DNA of 58,912 nucleotides, filler included, from Sphacelaria rigidula (taxonomy: Eukaryota), in NCBI GenBank assembly GCA_964200075.2. It is 10 parts of 10 records of this genome, joined end to end, with 100 filler letters (N's around TTAATTAATTAA, not from the genome) between each part and the next. Parts side by side here need not be neighbours in the genome. Positions count along the whole stretch, not along the records: positions 5,903 to 11,704 come from CAXNAA020024359.1; positions 11,805 to 17,606 come from CAXNAA020024360.1; positions 17,707 to 23,507 come from CAXNAA020024361.1; 7 more parts are not named here. One strand, written 5' to 3'. Of the stretch, positions 9,934 to 21,532 are shown piece by piece. The translations under genes were made by a program, and so were the position numbers. The notes beneath the pieces were generated by a model. The model was given only the letters and a program-made list of their open reading frames with translations. It was not told where the DNA came from and did not search any database. Each line of letters begins with the position of its first letter. The stretch's first letter is position 1.

Positions 9934-12900
9934 CAAGTAGAGAGTTATTCTGCGCGCGAAGTTGCTCCTCGTCTGTTTCGCCCCTTCTTATGTATGATCC
10001 GAGTGATCAGCGACTATTATACTTTACTGCTCTCCCGTGATCAAACCCAACATTAACACGGTGAAAACTGGACTGCGCGAGGTCCTAGCACAGCACACCG
10101 AAGTGAGAACGGCTCAATCTTAGCTCGATCGGAAATCGACGGCTTTGAAATACAAAGTACAATATACCAATATACAAAGTACCACTGTCATCTTCCAGCT
10201 TCAACTTTTCAGAACACAAAATAGCTTTTCTATCCTTCGAGCATTCTGTCTCTCTCTTCGATAGCTCACCAGTGCTGCTGGTCTTAGCAGGGAGTAAACA
10301 TCGAGATGATGGCTGGAGGTGGAAGCAATGCTCCAGGCACACGTCAGGTTGCATGGGTGAGAAAATGAAAGTCGCTGTGTGTGTTTGTGTACGTGTGGTG
10401 TGCGAGCTTGCGGAGGATTGAGGCGTCAAATGTATAGTCGACAGTCAGTAGTCGCAGTCAGTCGAAGTAGGCAAGTGCAACAGTAGGATCTAGCTGGTGT
10501 CCTGGGCTTTAGTAGTGTGCCCTTCGGCTCCCTGCTATGGCGGTGCCAGATTTCATGCTACTTTAGTTGACAAGTAGTTGAGCACTGGTGCGAGAGTGAA
10601 TTTGGAGCCCCTAGAATACCTACAGCAGTTTCGGCGGAGGTGTTCAACTCTCAGTCGCTGTCCTGGTGACCTTAATCGCATAACAACAACCAATGAGCGC
10701 CTGGTAGCAGCCGTTTCGGCTTTGCTTTGAAGACAACTTCTTCTGCATGGCCGCAACGAGTACGCCGGGTCACTTCGTCAGTTTTGGCTTCTGCTCGTGT
10801 CGGTACTTATGCCATCTATACAGGCTACCCCCGCAGGGATGCACATGCGTAGGGCGGTGGGTAACGTGTGTGAGGGCAGTTTCACGTCCGGAGGCGCGTC
10901 GTACACAGTACACAGTACTCGTAGTCCGTTGGACATACATCACCGACATTTCTATGTATATACACGTCGATGTGGCGGCCGAGTGTCTCCTGCTCCTCAC
11001 TCTTCCTCGATTCGTTCTTCATTCCTGTGAAAGGTGCGTGCACGTAACTGACTCGTTATCTGTGATTGATCCTCTCAGCCCTGCCCGTCTTACCAATATG
11101 CGGGCTGACGAATATACGAACGGGTACTTCTCTGCGTCTCGAATTCAAGCCAGAAGTTCACAGTCTTCACGTATACGGTATCACTCAACTAGTCGCGTCG
11201 CGGCTCTCATTTCCCCGACGCTCTTGATTTCGACCGCGTCCGCTTTGCACTGCAGGATCACTTGTGCAAGGACATATCACCACAAGGAATCTGCGTTGGA
11301 TTGTATGGGCATCCCCATATGCTTGACTCAAAATAGACTACTTTCTCGTCGAGCATGTTGTTCTTGAACTGTTCGAGCACCCGGAATTGTACGAGCCATT
11401 CGACATCAGTTGAACATGTTTCGCGGCTTCACAGTTGAGATTTTCTGTGCTCATGTTCAATGTTATCCCCCTGCAGTATCCTCAAATCACATGCCAACTT
11501 CTATTTTGTAGCGACTTGCAACCCCTCCCTTAGAGGATAGTGGGTAGGCAAGAGAGTAATGAAATGAACCAGGGTTCAAACTACGCTCTGTCCGTGGGGC
11601 GGGGGGCTGACTGATCAAGTCATGGCAAAACTTCACACGTCGGACGGATCAGGTCGTGACAGATCCGGGTCAGCTCATTTGGGGCATAAATCATGATCTG
11701 TACGNNNNNNNNNNNNNNNNNNNNNNNNNNNNNNNNNNNNNNNNNNNNTTAATTAATTAANNNNNNNNNNNNNNNNNNNNNNNNNNNNNNNNNNNNNNNN
11801 NNNNGATTCACAAAGATTCACAAAACAAGAATCAGCACTCGAGTTCCCAAAGGGTTAACTCGATCGATCGAACCCATGGTCACGGAGGTAGGCTTGCCCT
11901 TCCAGTTACGTACTGTTGCTAACATTCCTTACGGGAGATGAAAGCGTCTATTGAATGGATTATTTTGAGATTCCAAAGCAATATAATTTATATTTTATAT
12001 TGTTTGGGGGAAGCGTGTACTCATGATTGTGCACGCCGTAGTCATCATACCATTAGCCTCACATCCATACAACGCCAGGACGGAGCACGCTGGGTTTTCG
12101 CCGGACCAGGCGCGCACTCGATCACCAACCGCGAAGCACGGTGGTGTGTTCGGCGAGTCGCATGAAGGGTGAGCTGCATTCTGCTAAGATTGTTCGGCCC
12201 GAAGCCTACTGATTATTTTGCATTCTGATGACAGCCTACAATGAGTTGCTTTATTCTCTGGTCTTGCCACTTTCAGAGACAGCCACAGCTTATTCACTGC
12301 CTCAAGGGCGCGTGAGGGGAGGAGGGGGTGACTGATGATTGAGGGAAGATACGACTCAGGATTGTACGTATGATGACGTTATCAACGATTACACGACACG
12401 ATAATGGAATATAGAAATTCGAGCCCGCCCAACATCCCCTCATGTACGGTGATGGTTACGAGGAATCCACCATCTTAACACTTGCTCTTGCTCCGAAAAA
12501 CAAAGTCAGTGTGCCGGTGCTACTGCCCTAGTCGACTCGACTCGAACACACGATTTAGATAACACTGCTTCATGAAGAGGTACTTCGCGAAAGTAACACC
12601 TGCTACTGCTTTTCGGATGGGGGTGAGATGAACCATTATAATCCAAAAAATGAATAAGAATAAAACAGCGAGAAAAAAACAGAAAAGGAAGGAAGGGAAT
12701 CGGTGAAAGAAGCCCGTGACGGCGCTGCGGGAAAAAGCATCGATCCGTTTCGACGGTAAGACAAAAAAAACAGTGCAAGGCTATAATAGTAGCAGGGCGA
12801 TAAGACAGCCGCGTGAATTCCCTGAGGCTTCGCGCGCATCCTGACCGTGGGGTCTGTTGCACTTCGGGGCCATTCTGCCCTCGAGTCCGAACACCCGAGA

Positions 12901-13309
12901 TTCGGGTCGTTAGTAGGGCCGACAGTCCCGAGTGCTTCCTAGCGTGTGCAGAACGCGTTTTTGTCCAAATCGGCGTATGTGGCGCCGGTTTGTGGTCTGC
13001 CAACGCCGCACTGGGCCTCGCGAACCTACCCTTTGCACCCCCGCTTCTCCGAGGGTTCTCGGTATGCCTCGGTTGGGGTTAGCGTCACGGTGAGGGTTGT
13101 TAACAGAGTGTGTCCACAATGATTTTTATGGCCTCGGACAAGGACATACCCACCTCTATCCTGAGGGTGGGGAAGGGGACAGGGGAGGTTCGGGCATCGG
13201 TTAAGGTTATGTACCAAAAGGGGGTTAGGGGGGTTGACAGCACGACAGAGAAAAAGGAGGACGTCATTACAGGAGAGTTCGTCATGCCTCTAGCCTACTT
13301 GGTTCTCAC

Positions 13310-13429
13310 TCTTTTGACTTCCGGCGCGCCAGCATTCGTCGCCAGCCGAGCAATCGATCTGCAGAAGGGTGGATGACCCAGAACAGGGGGTCGTATGGAG
13401 CAGAAGCCGCGTACATGTCGCCCACGTGC
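13310..13429 (-). CDS. Tyrosinase-like (type-3 copper) protein, fourth visible exon (CuB C-terminal motif)
   Basis: cag|G CAC GTG... encodes HVGDMYAASAPYDPLFWVIHPSADRLLGWRR, matching the tyrosinase M...S..DPxFxxxHxxxDRL motif. Donor GTGAGA at 13309. Phase 2 matches the previous exon. Confidence 0.85.
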
Positions 13430-13656
13430 CTGGAGCAAATGCGGGATACAGCGGTTTTCAAGTGGGGAGGTGGTGAGAGAGGGGTGTATTTAACCTCATC
13501 CTTGGTGTGGTCCATGCTGTTGTGTCAGGGGAAAACGTGAAGGAGTGCTGTTGGTACTCCTTGGAGCACCACGAGCACAGGCAACAGCATCCTGTCTATT
13601 ATTGGTCGTCTGCGCTGCTACTGCATTGTACAGATACCTATTACACCTGTTGCTGC

Positions 13657-13695
<39 letters not shown>

Positions 13696-14988
13696 ATACG
13701 ACCCACAACAAGCTGCAAACGTTTGGACTTACATATGCAGTATCGACAGCAAAACTTCCGAGTATCACCGTTTTCGGTTTGGCCGATCGAAAACATGGAC
13801 GTCTCCGATCTTGTATTTTAATATTGGATCTGGGATCTGGGATCTTATTTGACTCTCAAAGAGGCGTGCATGTGAACGAAATATGTACACCAACCCTTCG
13901 AACCCGCACATTTAAACAAGAGAGTTATGAGCAAGAGGTCGATCACACGTTTTGTCCGGAATGTGGAATTTCGGGTGCTGATTATACATCAACCCTCTTG
14001 GAACCCACTGACGACTCTTGTTTTGGTGAGTCGGCATCATTTCCGGTCATTTCCAAGTCAAAATGGTGCCGATTCACAAAAACAAGAATCGTCAATGAGA
14101 TCCCAAAGGGTTAATATTGGACGTGTACACGTTCACTTCTTCTCTTCAGTGTCTCCCTCATTTCGAAAAAAACGAACTCCTTACCGGCAGGAACCTTCAA
14201 CCTTTACTCCACCTCGGCGGCGCAAATGAGTCATGGTTGAATAAATATAAGCACTTGGATATAGTGTGGATATAGACCATCATATTAGGATCCCGATGGA
14301 GAGGGTGCAGGGAGGGGGGCGTACTCATGTTTCGACTGCCTTCGTTATGTCGGAGGGTCAGGGCTCCGAGCACTGGCTCAGCGAGCGCCCCGAGTACTTA
14401 GAACGTGTTTCAAAATCAGCACCTTGTTTTTTTAGGTGCCGACTAGGGTCAAGACAACAGCCCGCCTCGTCTAGGGTACGCTGTGTACATCCACTGGCCG
14501 AGGGCGATGCGGCCTGCCTGCTCAATGCTTCGGGTTCACGTGTGAGAAGGGTATTCCTTGACAGACACCTGTGGTAATTTCTCCCCCATATGTGGTGCTT
14601 TCTACATCACCCTTTCCCCCCCCCACCTTCTCAATGGTCAGACGACTAAGGCAAGCAACACATGAGAACGCCCCCCCCCACCCTCTCCTTTCATGTACTT
14701 GTTGGAGGTATTGTAGAAGTAACATTTTACGCCGGCTAGCAGTTGTAATCTTGCCCTTTATTTCACATGTCTTTCACGTGCGTTGGGGAATCCAACAAAC
14801 AATCGCCGCACGAGATTCTCCGTGCGTATTTCAACCCTACATCAAAGGGTATCGACCATTATCGACAGACGCCTGCGGGAATTTGTCCCTCCTATGCGGT
14901 TTGACGAATACGAGCATACACAGAGTATGTGTCAAACCCCGTAGCATATTTGGGGCCAAGTGTGGGGGTGGCTAAACACGCCTCGTAC

Positions 14989-15095
14989 CCTGGATCACAG
15001 AAGGAATGCAGCATCTTTTTCCAGAAGGTATTTTGGAATTCTTCGTCGTCCTCGTGTCCGTAGACGTAAAACCTTTTCGTTTCCGAGTTATAGCG
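14989..15095 (-). CDS. Tyrosinase-like protein, third visible exon
   Basis: tgcag|CGC...CCA GG|gtacga encodes RYNSETKRFYVYGHEDDEEFQNTFWKKMLHSFCDPG. Phase 0 in and phase 2 out fit both neighbours. Confidence 0.8.
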
Positions 15096-15636
15096 CTGCA
15101 TGCACGCAGGACAGAGCAGGGTAGTCAGGCAGGCAAGCAGGCAGAGGAAGGGTGGCGTGATCATAATCGTGCATGACGGGTCATGGGACCATTGACCTCG
15201 CATCCCGCCAAGACCGGGGACTATACAAGAAACCTAAGGAAAGCGCGTCATTAGTGCGAAATATATCAACCACCACAGACCCATTACCATGAAATAAATA
15301 TAACAAAATCGTCAATGTCTGAGGTGTGTGCGACCTGATGCGCAACCCTGTACCCTCCACCCTACGCCCCGTCTCCGAGAGATGGTCACCATGCAGCTGG
15401 AAATCATCCGTTGGGTTGATAGGTGGGAAATAACAAGAATAAGAATAGGAATAAGAATAACGATGAGAATGATACCAACAGCAACAACAATAATAAAAAT
15501 GATAATAATAATGATGATGATCACAATTATAATGACAAAAAAAGAGATAATTTGAGACAGGAACGGCCAAAACAACAGCAAAACACCACAAAAACAACAA
15601 CAAGCGAAAGAAATCATCCTCTGATCAAAAACTCAC

Positions 15637-15872
15637 GATAATTCCGTTCGTGGAAGAAGCTTCCCACATGATGGCCTCCACCTCCATCAGCACGTCGTAC
15701 GGCGTCATGCCGCGCGACTCGTATATGACGGCGGGACAGCTGGACTTACAGGATGACGAATCATCGACGCCCGTACCGGCGAGAGCCTCATCGAGAGAAC
15801 AGGTGTCCGGGAAGCGAAGGTATCCCTGCCTCCACAACCCCTTCGTCACCAGGGCCACAGACTCGTAGGTAC
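15637..15872 (-). CDS. Tyrosinase-like protein, second visible exon
   Basis: acag|GT ACC...ATC|gtgagt encodes GTYESVALVTKGLWRQGYLRFPDTCS...MTPYDVLMEVEAIMWEASSTNGII. Phase 1 in, phase 0 out. Confidence 0.82.
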
Positions 15873-16061
15873 CTGTGTCATTGTTATCCCACCACACGGT
15901 AACAAAAAGGGGGGGGGGGGGGGGGGGGGCAAAACGGTGCGGCCCCCCCCACCAAGTCCGGGTGTTTGGGGGGGCAACNNNNNNNNNNCCCCGCCCCCCC
16001 CCGCCCCACCGCCGCCGTGCCGCCGGGGTCGGTGGGTGGGTGGTCGCACCCCGGGCAACAA

Positions 16062-16096
<35 letters not shown>

Positions 16097-16284
16097 CAGC
16101 ACGTGTCGGTACCTCCTCCCAGTTCTCATGTTTCTGGGGGTACATACAGGGCTCCAATCTGACGGGCGATTTCAACAACAAAACGTAATGCCTGAGCGAG
16201 AGAGACCTCACCCCAACTGAGAATTAGTGGCTGGACTCTTTCGTCCGCCACCAGACTTATGATCTTCGAAACGACAGGCCGGAT

Positions 16285-16453
16285 GGGGGGGGGGGGGAGT
16301 ACTCATTTGTTGCTCGCCTTAGTCATTTGACCATTGACCACGCATCCCTTTTGAGACGGAGCACCGCCGGATGGGGGGGGGGAAAGCGTACTCATTTGTC
16401 GCTTGCCTTAGTCGTCTGAACGTTGACCACGCATCTCCTTCGAGACGGAGCAG
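16285..16453 (+). repeat. High-copy short dispersed repeat (GGGGG-GTACTCATTTGTTGCTTGCCTTAGTCG...GACCATTGACCACGCATCCCT), two tandem copies
   Basis: Same element at ~2471-2545 (+), ~14630-14682 (-), ~29664-29742 (-) and ~47305-47355 (+). A variant occurs at ~15151-15219, ~47041-47111 and ~52948-53012. Confidence 0.85.
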
Positions 16454-16941
16454 AGGCCAGAGGGGGTGGGGGCAAGAAACCAAAAGCATATTGAAGCGTT
16501 TCAGGGGTCAGTTGGCATCGGCACATCGGGGTCTGGGACGATGGGGTCATGCGAGAACTCATGGGCGGACACAAAAACGCACACACACGAAGCTCAAATC
16601 CTTCCCTGCCCCGGTGGACGACAGCGTCTAATCCCGTCGAAGTTTGACATGTATCTCCTTGGTAGTGTAGGATTGTCTAAATATGTAATTGGATCGATCG
16701 CACGCATGGCGTACTGCGTAGATATCAGAACAGCTGTTGATGTGAAGCCAAGAACCACAACAAAATACAACAAAGACAGCCACAAGGACAACAACAACGG
16801 TGCGTATTCTACTCGACTCCTCCCCCTTTTCCTCCACTCGAGGTGTAGGGTTCCAATCCACTCTCTTGTCCTCCCCCTTCTGTATATTAGTCCTTTTTCT
16901 CACACCAGCGATATGTACGCGCTTGTTCATTAGTGTCTCAC

Positions 16942-17104
16942 CGGTTTTGACGACGAAGTCTTCCTCTGGATCTTCCCACTCTCCCCCGATGAGGAGGTGC
17001 ACGGGGCCGTGGGTTCCCCCGTTCAGGCAATTGTTCAACATGCCCATTGTCGTCTCGCTGAAGCATTCAGCGTACGCCTCGCAGCTCACCAGGTTTGTTG
17101 CCAC
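16942..17104 (-). CDS. Tyrosinase-like protein, first visible exon (CuB HxxxH)
   Basis: aacag|GTG...ACC G|gtgaga encodes VATNLVSCEAYAECF...CLNGGTHGPVHLLIGGEWEDP, with HGPVH = CuB HxxxH. Upstream (CuA) and downstream exons were not found in this scaffold. Confidence 0.85.
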
Positions 17105-18305
17105 CTGTTCCGACGTGTGTGTGTGTGTGTGTTTCATCGAGTTTGCAGTAAAACAAAACACGATAGGAAACATTAAAATGGGGATAGGGAGCGTATTGAA
17201 CCACCGTATCTCTAGTTATTATCGTCATTAAATCATAGCAACTCTTTTCGTTGTTACAATAATGGGCAATCGCCTAGAAAAGATATACCTTCTCGTTTTT
17301 TTCGCTAGAGAGGTACGAAAACTGATCAGGAACGTGAAAACAGCACAACACACAATCTACACCGTTTTCGTTCTTTTTTCTTCACGCACATACCATCGGC
17401 GGGCTCCTTGGCACCCGGGCCTCGAAAAACTTAACAGAAATATCACATGTTGCTCGCGGTATACGGCCATGCGCAAAATGGCATCTCGCTTCGAGAAACC
17501 ACTTCCCCTTTCTAGACCAAATATCCACCAGGTATGCCTGATCCAGGAATCCTTTTCAAAAGAGCACCTTATCTGGGCCACCATCCGGCCGAGAGAGTAC
17601 CTGTTCNNNNNNNNNNNNNNNNNNNNNNNNNNNNNNNNNNNNNNNNNNNNTTAATTAATTAANNNNNNNNNNNNNNNNNNNNNNNNNNNNNNNNNNNNNN
17701 NNNNNNACGGCCCAACTCGTCTGTGTCGATGAGATATTGCTTTCCGAGGTCAAATCCGTTTGAAGGCTGGCCCAGCTCGTAGAGTCGAAGAATTTTCTTC
17801 ACACCTCAACCACCCATGCATCACTAGTCAAGGAAACGCAGCGATCTCAGAAAATATGAGATAGCCTGCGTGTGTTGGCATAGATGCCCCGAAGATGAAC
17901 ATGGGCGCTACTCATGAATTTTCATGACAAATATTTTTGAGCCAGTTGGGTTAGCTCCGAGCCGATAATGTTGTTCGGGCAGGTGCGAGACGCTCTATCC
18001 GTTGACTTACAATCGCATTCCTGGCATGACACGAAAGCTGTACCAGGATCATGGGACGGATAGGGCCAAAGATCGATCATCCGTGCTGCTGTTGGTTCAC
18101 TGAGCGAGGTGCGAAAAAAGTACACTGTTTAGCCTTCCGTGTGCTGGCGTGATGTCTTCTACTGATTATCTTGCCTTTGACCAGCGAATTGATGAGATCA
18201 CAAGCAGCACAGGCCCTCGGCTCAAAATCGTGGAATGCGAAAGCGGGTGATTTTCGTATCACCGCTGATGCGTAACCATTTCTCCACCACGCGAACACGA
18301 CACAG

Positions 18306-19297
18306 GTAACCGCTCTCCACATCGCTCAAGCTGGGACCCCCAGTCCAGTCCCTCCGGAAACGGCGACCAGCCTCCCGACCCGCACTACAGCTCCCGCTAC
18401 AACGCGCCCGACGCGCCCAGCGACACGGAAGGAGGCGGACACGGCCACCACCACCCTCAACACCACAGGCACAACCAACCCCCGCCACACGCCATGTCCG
18501 GCCCTTCATGTTCCTCGTCCGGCCGGCCTCACACACCGGGAAGTGGAGGCTGGGCGTCACACCTACCCCCGAACTCCCGCCATCAGCATCACCACAGCAG
18601 TAGCCGCCGCGCACAGTCCCCCGGTGGCGCCGGCGCAGGAGCAACAACCCCCCGAACAGGCGGTCGTAGCGGACGCCACACCCCGACTCGCGCCGACGGA
18701 GGAGGAGCCACACCCGGAGCGGCATCGGGCCCGCGATCGTCTCAGCACGGTACCCCGGGATCCAACAACGCATCGCCGGCACCGGGGTCGGGGGGTCATG
18801 GTACATCTCGAGGGTCACCCCTTGTGCCGCGCGGGTCTCCCCAACTGTCGAAAGCAGCATCAGCCGCCGGCGCCCAAGCGTTACCTATCCCGCCGCATGG
18901 ATCTCCCCTTGGCGTCGGAGCAGGGTCTCATGGTGGCGCACCTCGAAGCTCCCCCGGAAGATCGTTGTCCCAGGGCAGGGAGGCAGGGAAGACGGGGTGG
19001 GCGGCGGCCGCCGCCGCCGCTGCTGCCGGTGGTGGCGTGGACGTTGGGGATGGAAGCGCAGGGAGTGAGGTGAGCAGTATGAATGGATGGGCGCGGCGGC
19101 CGCGGGGGGCCGTGGTGACCGATCGGTTGGTGATGCTAAAGGCGGAGTTTCTGGAGCTGCATGACATGCTTCTTCACAGCGATTTCCACTGGGTGCAGAG
19201 TCAGCGTTTCTGCGAGACTCTGAAGCTGCGCTTGGATGAGCTCATGCTTGCTCCCCACCGACACCACCGGGACCCGCTGTTGCCACCTCCCAGATGA
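18306..19297 (+). CDS. Terminal exon of an unknown protein (Gly/Ser/Pro/His low-complexity region plus a short helical C-terminal motif)
   Basis: GC-rich, and open from the acceptor cacag| at 18305 to TGA at 19297 (frame of ORF 18494-19297 extended upstream). Ends DRLVMLKAEFLELHDMLLHSDFHWVQSQRFCETLKLRLDELM... Confidence 0.75.
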
Positions 19298-21532
19298 ATG
19301 ACGAAGGCCTTGGACGAAGAGGGGGGGGGGGGACACGCGCGATATAATGCAGGTCATGAGGGATGAGAGTACGCTACATATGAAGCACGTGAGGGTCTTG
19401 AGTCGATTTCTGCAGTTTCGTTGTTCCTCGGGATTATGTAAAGGATGGCAAGGTTGCGGGCATGTTATTGTGACAGTGGTGCAGCAGGATCGGCAGATTG
19501 TGCAAAGGATTTCACCTCTGGGGTTAGTTGGAGGCAAAATGTGGCAAAAGAGTAGGAATGTGGGGTTATTCGGTGTGTGGGCTAGTATTGGTTCGTCGGC
19601 AGGAAGTCTCTTCGCTAGGAACGTGGATGGTTTCATGTGTACAAGGTCGTGCGAGTTCAATGCACATCTTTCCATTGGCCTGGCCCAAAATATTTCGAGT
19701 GGTACGGGGGTAAACGATGGTTTTGATGTCGGCACTATGGTTTAGATGGGTTTGGGCCCCCTGATGAGAAAAAAAAGCATTTGACATGCGTTGCGAAAGT
19801 TTTATCACGGAGGTACACGATCTTAATCTGGGCGTCGCGGCGCCACGTCATGTTCTGAGTGCGCACATTACATCCGTAGGTCGAGTGCATGTGCCTAGTG
19901 TGACTATTGCCTGTATGGCGGTGAAAATTAGTTTCAAGACGTAACAGGAACTCACACAATATGTTATATAAGTGTAACGGTAGGGCAGCTTTTGACCAAA
20001 GAAACATGTGTTGTGGAGGGTACCGCAGTTGTTTGAGTTACCATCCACTGACTTCGCCTCCGTCCTCCCTCGTGAGGGAATAATTCGTTTGCTTACATTA
20101 GTTCGTATTATATGTACCACAATGTAGAGGCCACACGAAGCATATACGTGCCTGCAACTGTTGCTTACTATTTACACCATGCGCTTTACCGAATGCCAAT
20201 AATTGAGTAGACCGTCAATATAAAGTTACTGCGCACTGAGCCTGAGACAAGATGAGACTTCAGGAAGGCCGATGCGGGGGAAAATCCGAGTCATTCACAA
20301 CAGCGGAAGGAGTGATCCTCAAAACTTTCGACTTGCCATACTGCATGAGTCAAGCAAGGACTTCCCGCGGTGTTCTCCTCTGTTGATGTTATAATTTCAG
20401 CGATGCTAATCTGTCCGTCGATGTGTTACCTGAGAGGCCGATATTAATCGTGGTAGTTTATGGTCAAAAGCATTTTTTACATCTTTCATAGAACTAATCG
20501 CCGTGCGGGTGAAGCACACTTGGATGTTTCGAAGCCTCATGCTCGACTCTCTTCTGCTGATGAAGCTGGCTCTCCAGTTGAACTTGACTCATATTTTTGT
20601 GTTGTACAGAGCGCTACAGATGTTGAGAAACTCTTGTTTTGAGCGAGGCCCGGGTCTTATTTTCTCTTCAATTACAGCACAAGTGCTTAAATCCAAATTC
20701 TCGTTGTTCGAATAGGTGCAAAACGCCAACTGCTTTATTTTGATATTCTGTTTTTGCACAGCATCCAATACATTTTTTGTTTCCCTGAGCGATTGTCAAG
20801 ATTCATGTTTAGCCACATCCCTGCATATGTCACTCATACTGTATTTCACTAGATTTTCATCATATGACGAAGCTGTCCAGGACTGCAGGGGTGAAAGTTC
20901 ATGTTGCCCACCTCCGACGACTACAAAACTGCTGTAGCGCTGTACTGCTGTAGCCATAACAGCCACTGAATCGACATGGTGTATATTACACACGTTGGGG
21001 GTTTATGCCTCCCCCCCCCTGCTACTGACTGCCGGGTTTTCCGGCCTGTTTCGGGATCGCTCTGGCTGCATGCCGGCACCTTCCAACCGTTCCCCCCCAT
21101 TGCTGTCTGTAGGCTTTGGTAAAACCCTATGCCAAAGGGACTGCAAGTACAGTACTGTACCGTACGCCAGCAGTGAGCAGTACGTGAACCAGTAGAGCTG
21201 GGAAATGGTTTGTCTAACCATCAACCAATTGATTGGTGCATAATGGCTTGGTCATCGAGTGGCGCAGCCGCAAGCTAAAATATCCCCCCCCCGGCAGAGG
21301 AGCCCCCGCTGGAGGCGCCGTGCCGCAGGCACGTTTTTACGCGATTTGGCTATACCAGAGCTAAAAAGTACGTTAAATTTGGGCCAATTTCTAGGGGCTT
21401 CGTGTAGCATGCGTAGCCGGTAACGGTAAATAATGGTTTGAAACCTATATCCACAAATTTCATGAAACCATTACCATCATCACCATTAATGATGATGGTC
21501 AGTTATAACTGGTACCATTTCCGAGCTCTATA

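Noticed and set aside
10747..11500. 206-aa plus-strand ORF, or a minus-strand decayed coding remnant
   Set aside because: No recognisable motif, the minus frames are interrupted by stops, and there is no convincing splice chain.
13496..14114. Poly-Leu/Cys/Asn ORFs and similar hydrophobic ORFs at 15181-15641 and 47716-48411
   Set aside because: They are translations of microsatellites. The first two lie inside introns of the tyrosinase-like gene.
18222..19073. Overlapping alternative-frame and antisense ORFs (also 57587-58348 and 34139-34624)
   Set aside because: These are shadow ORFs expected from GC-rich coding exons.
11805..19297. Linking the tyrosinase-like gene with neighbouring exons into a gene cluster
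   Set aside because: They lie on different scaffolds separated by an artificial spacer.
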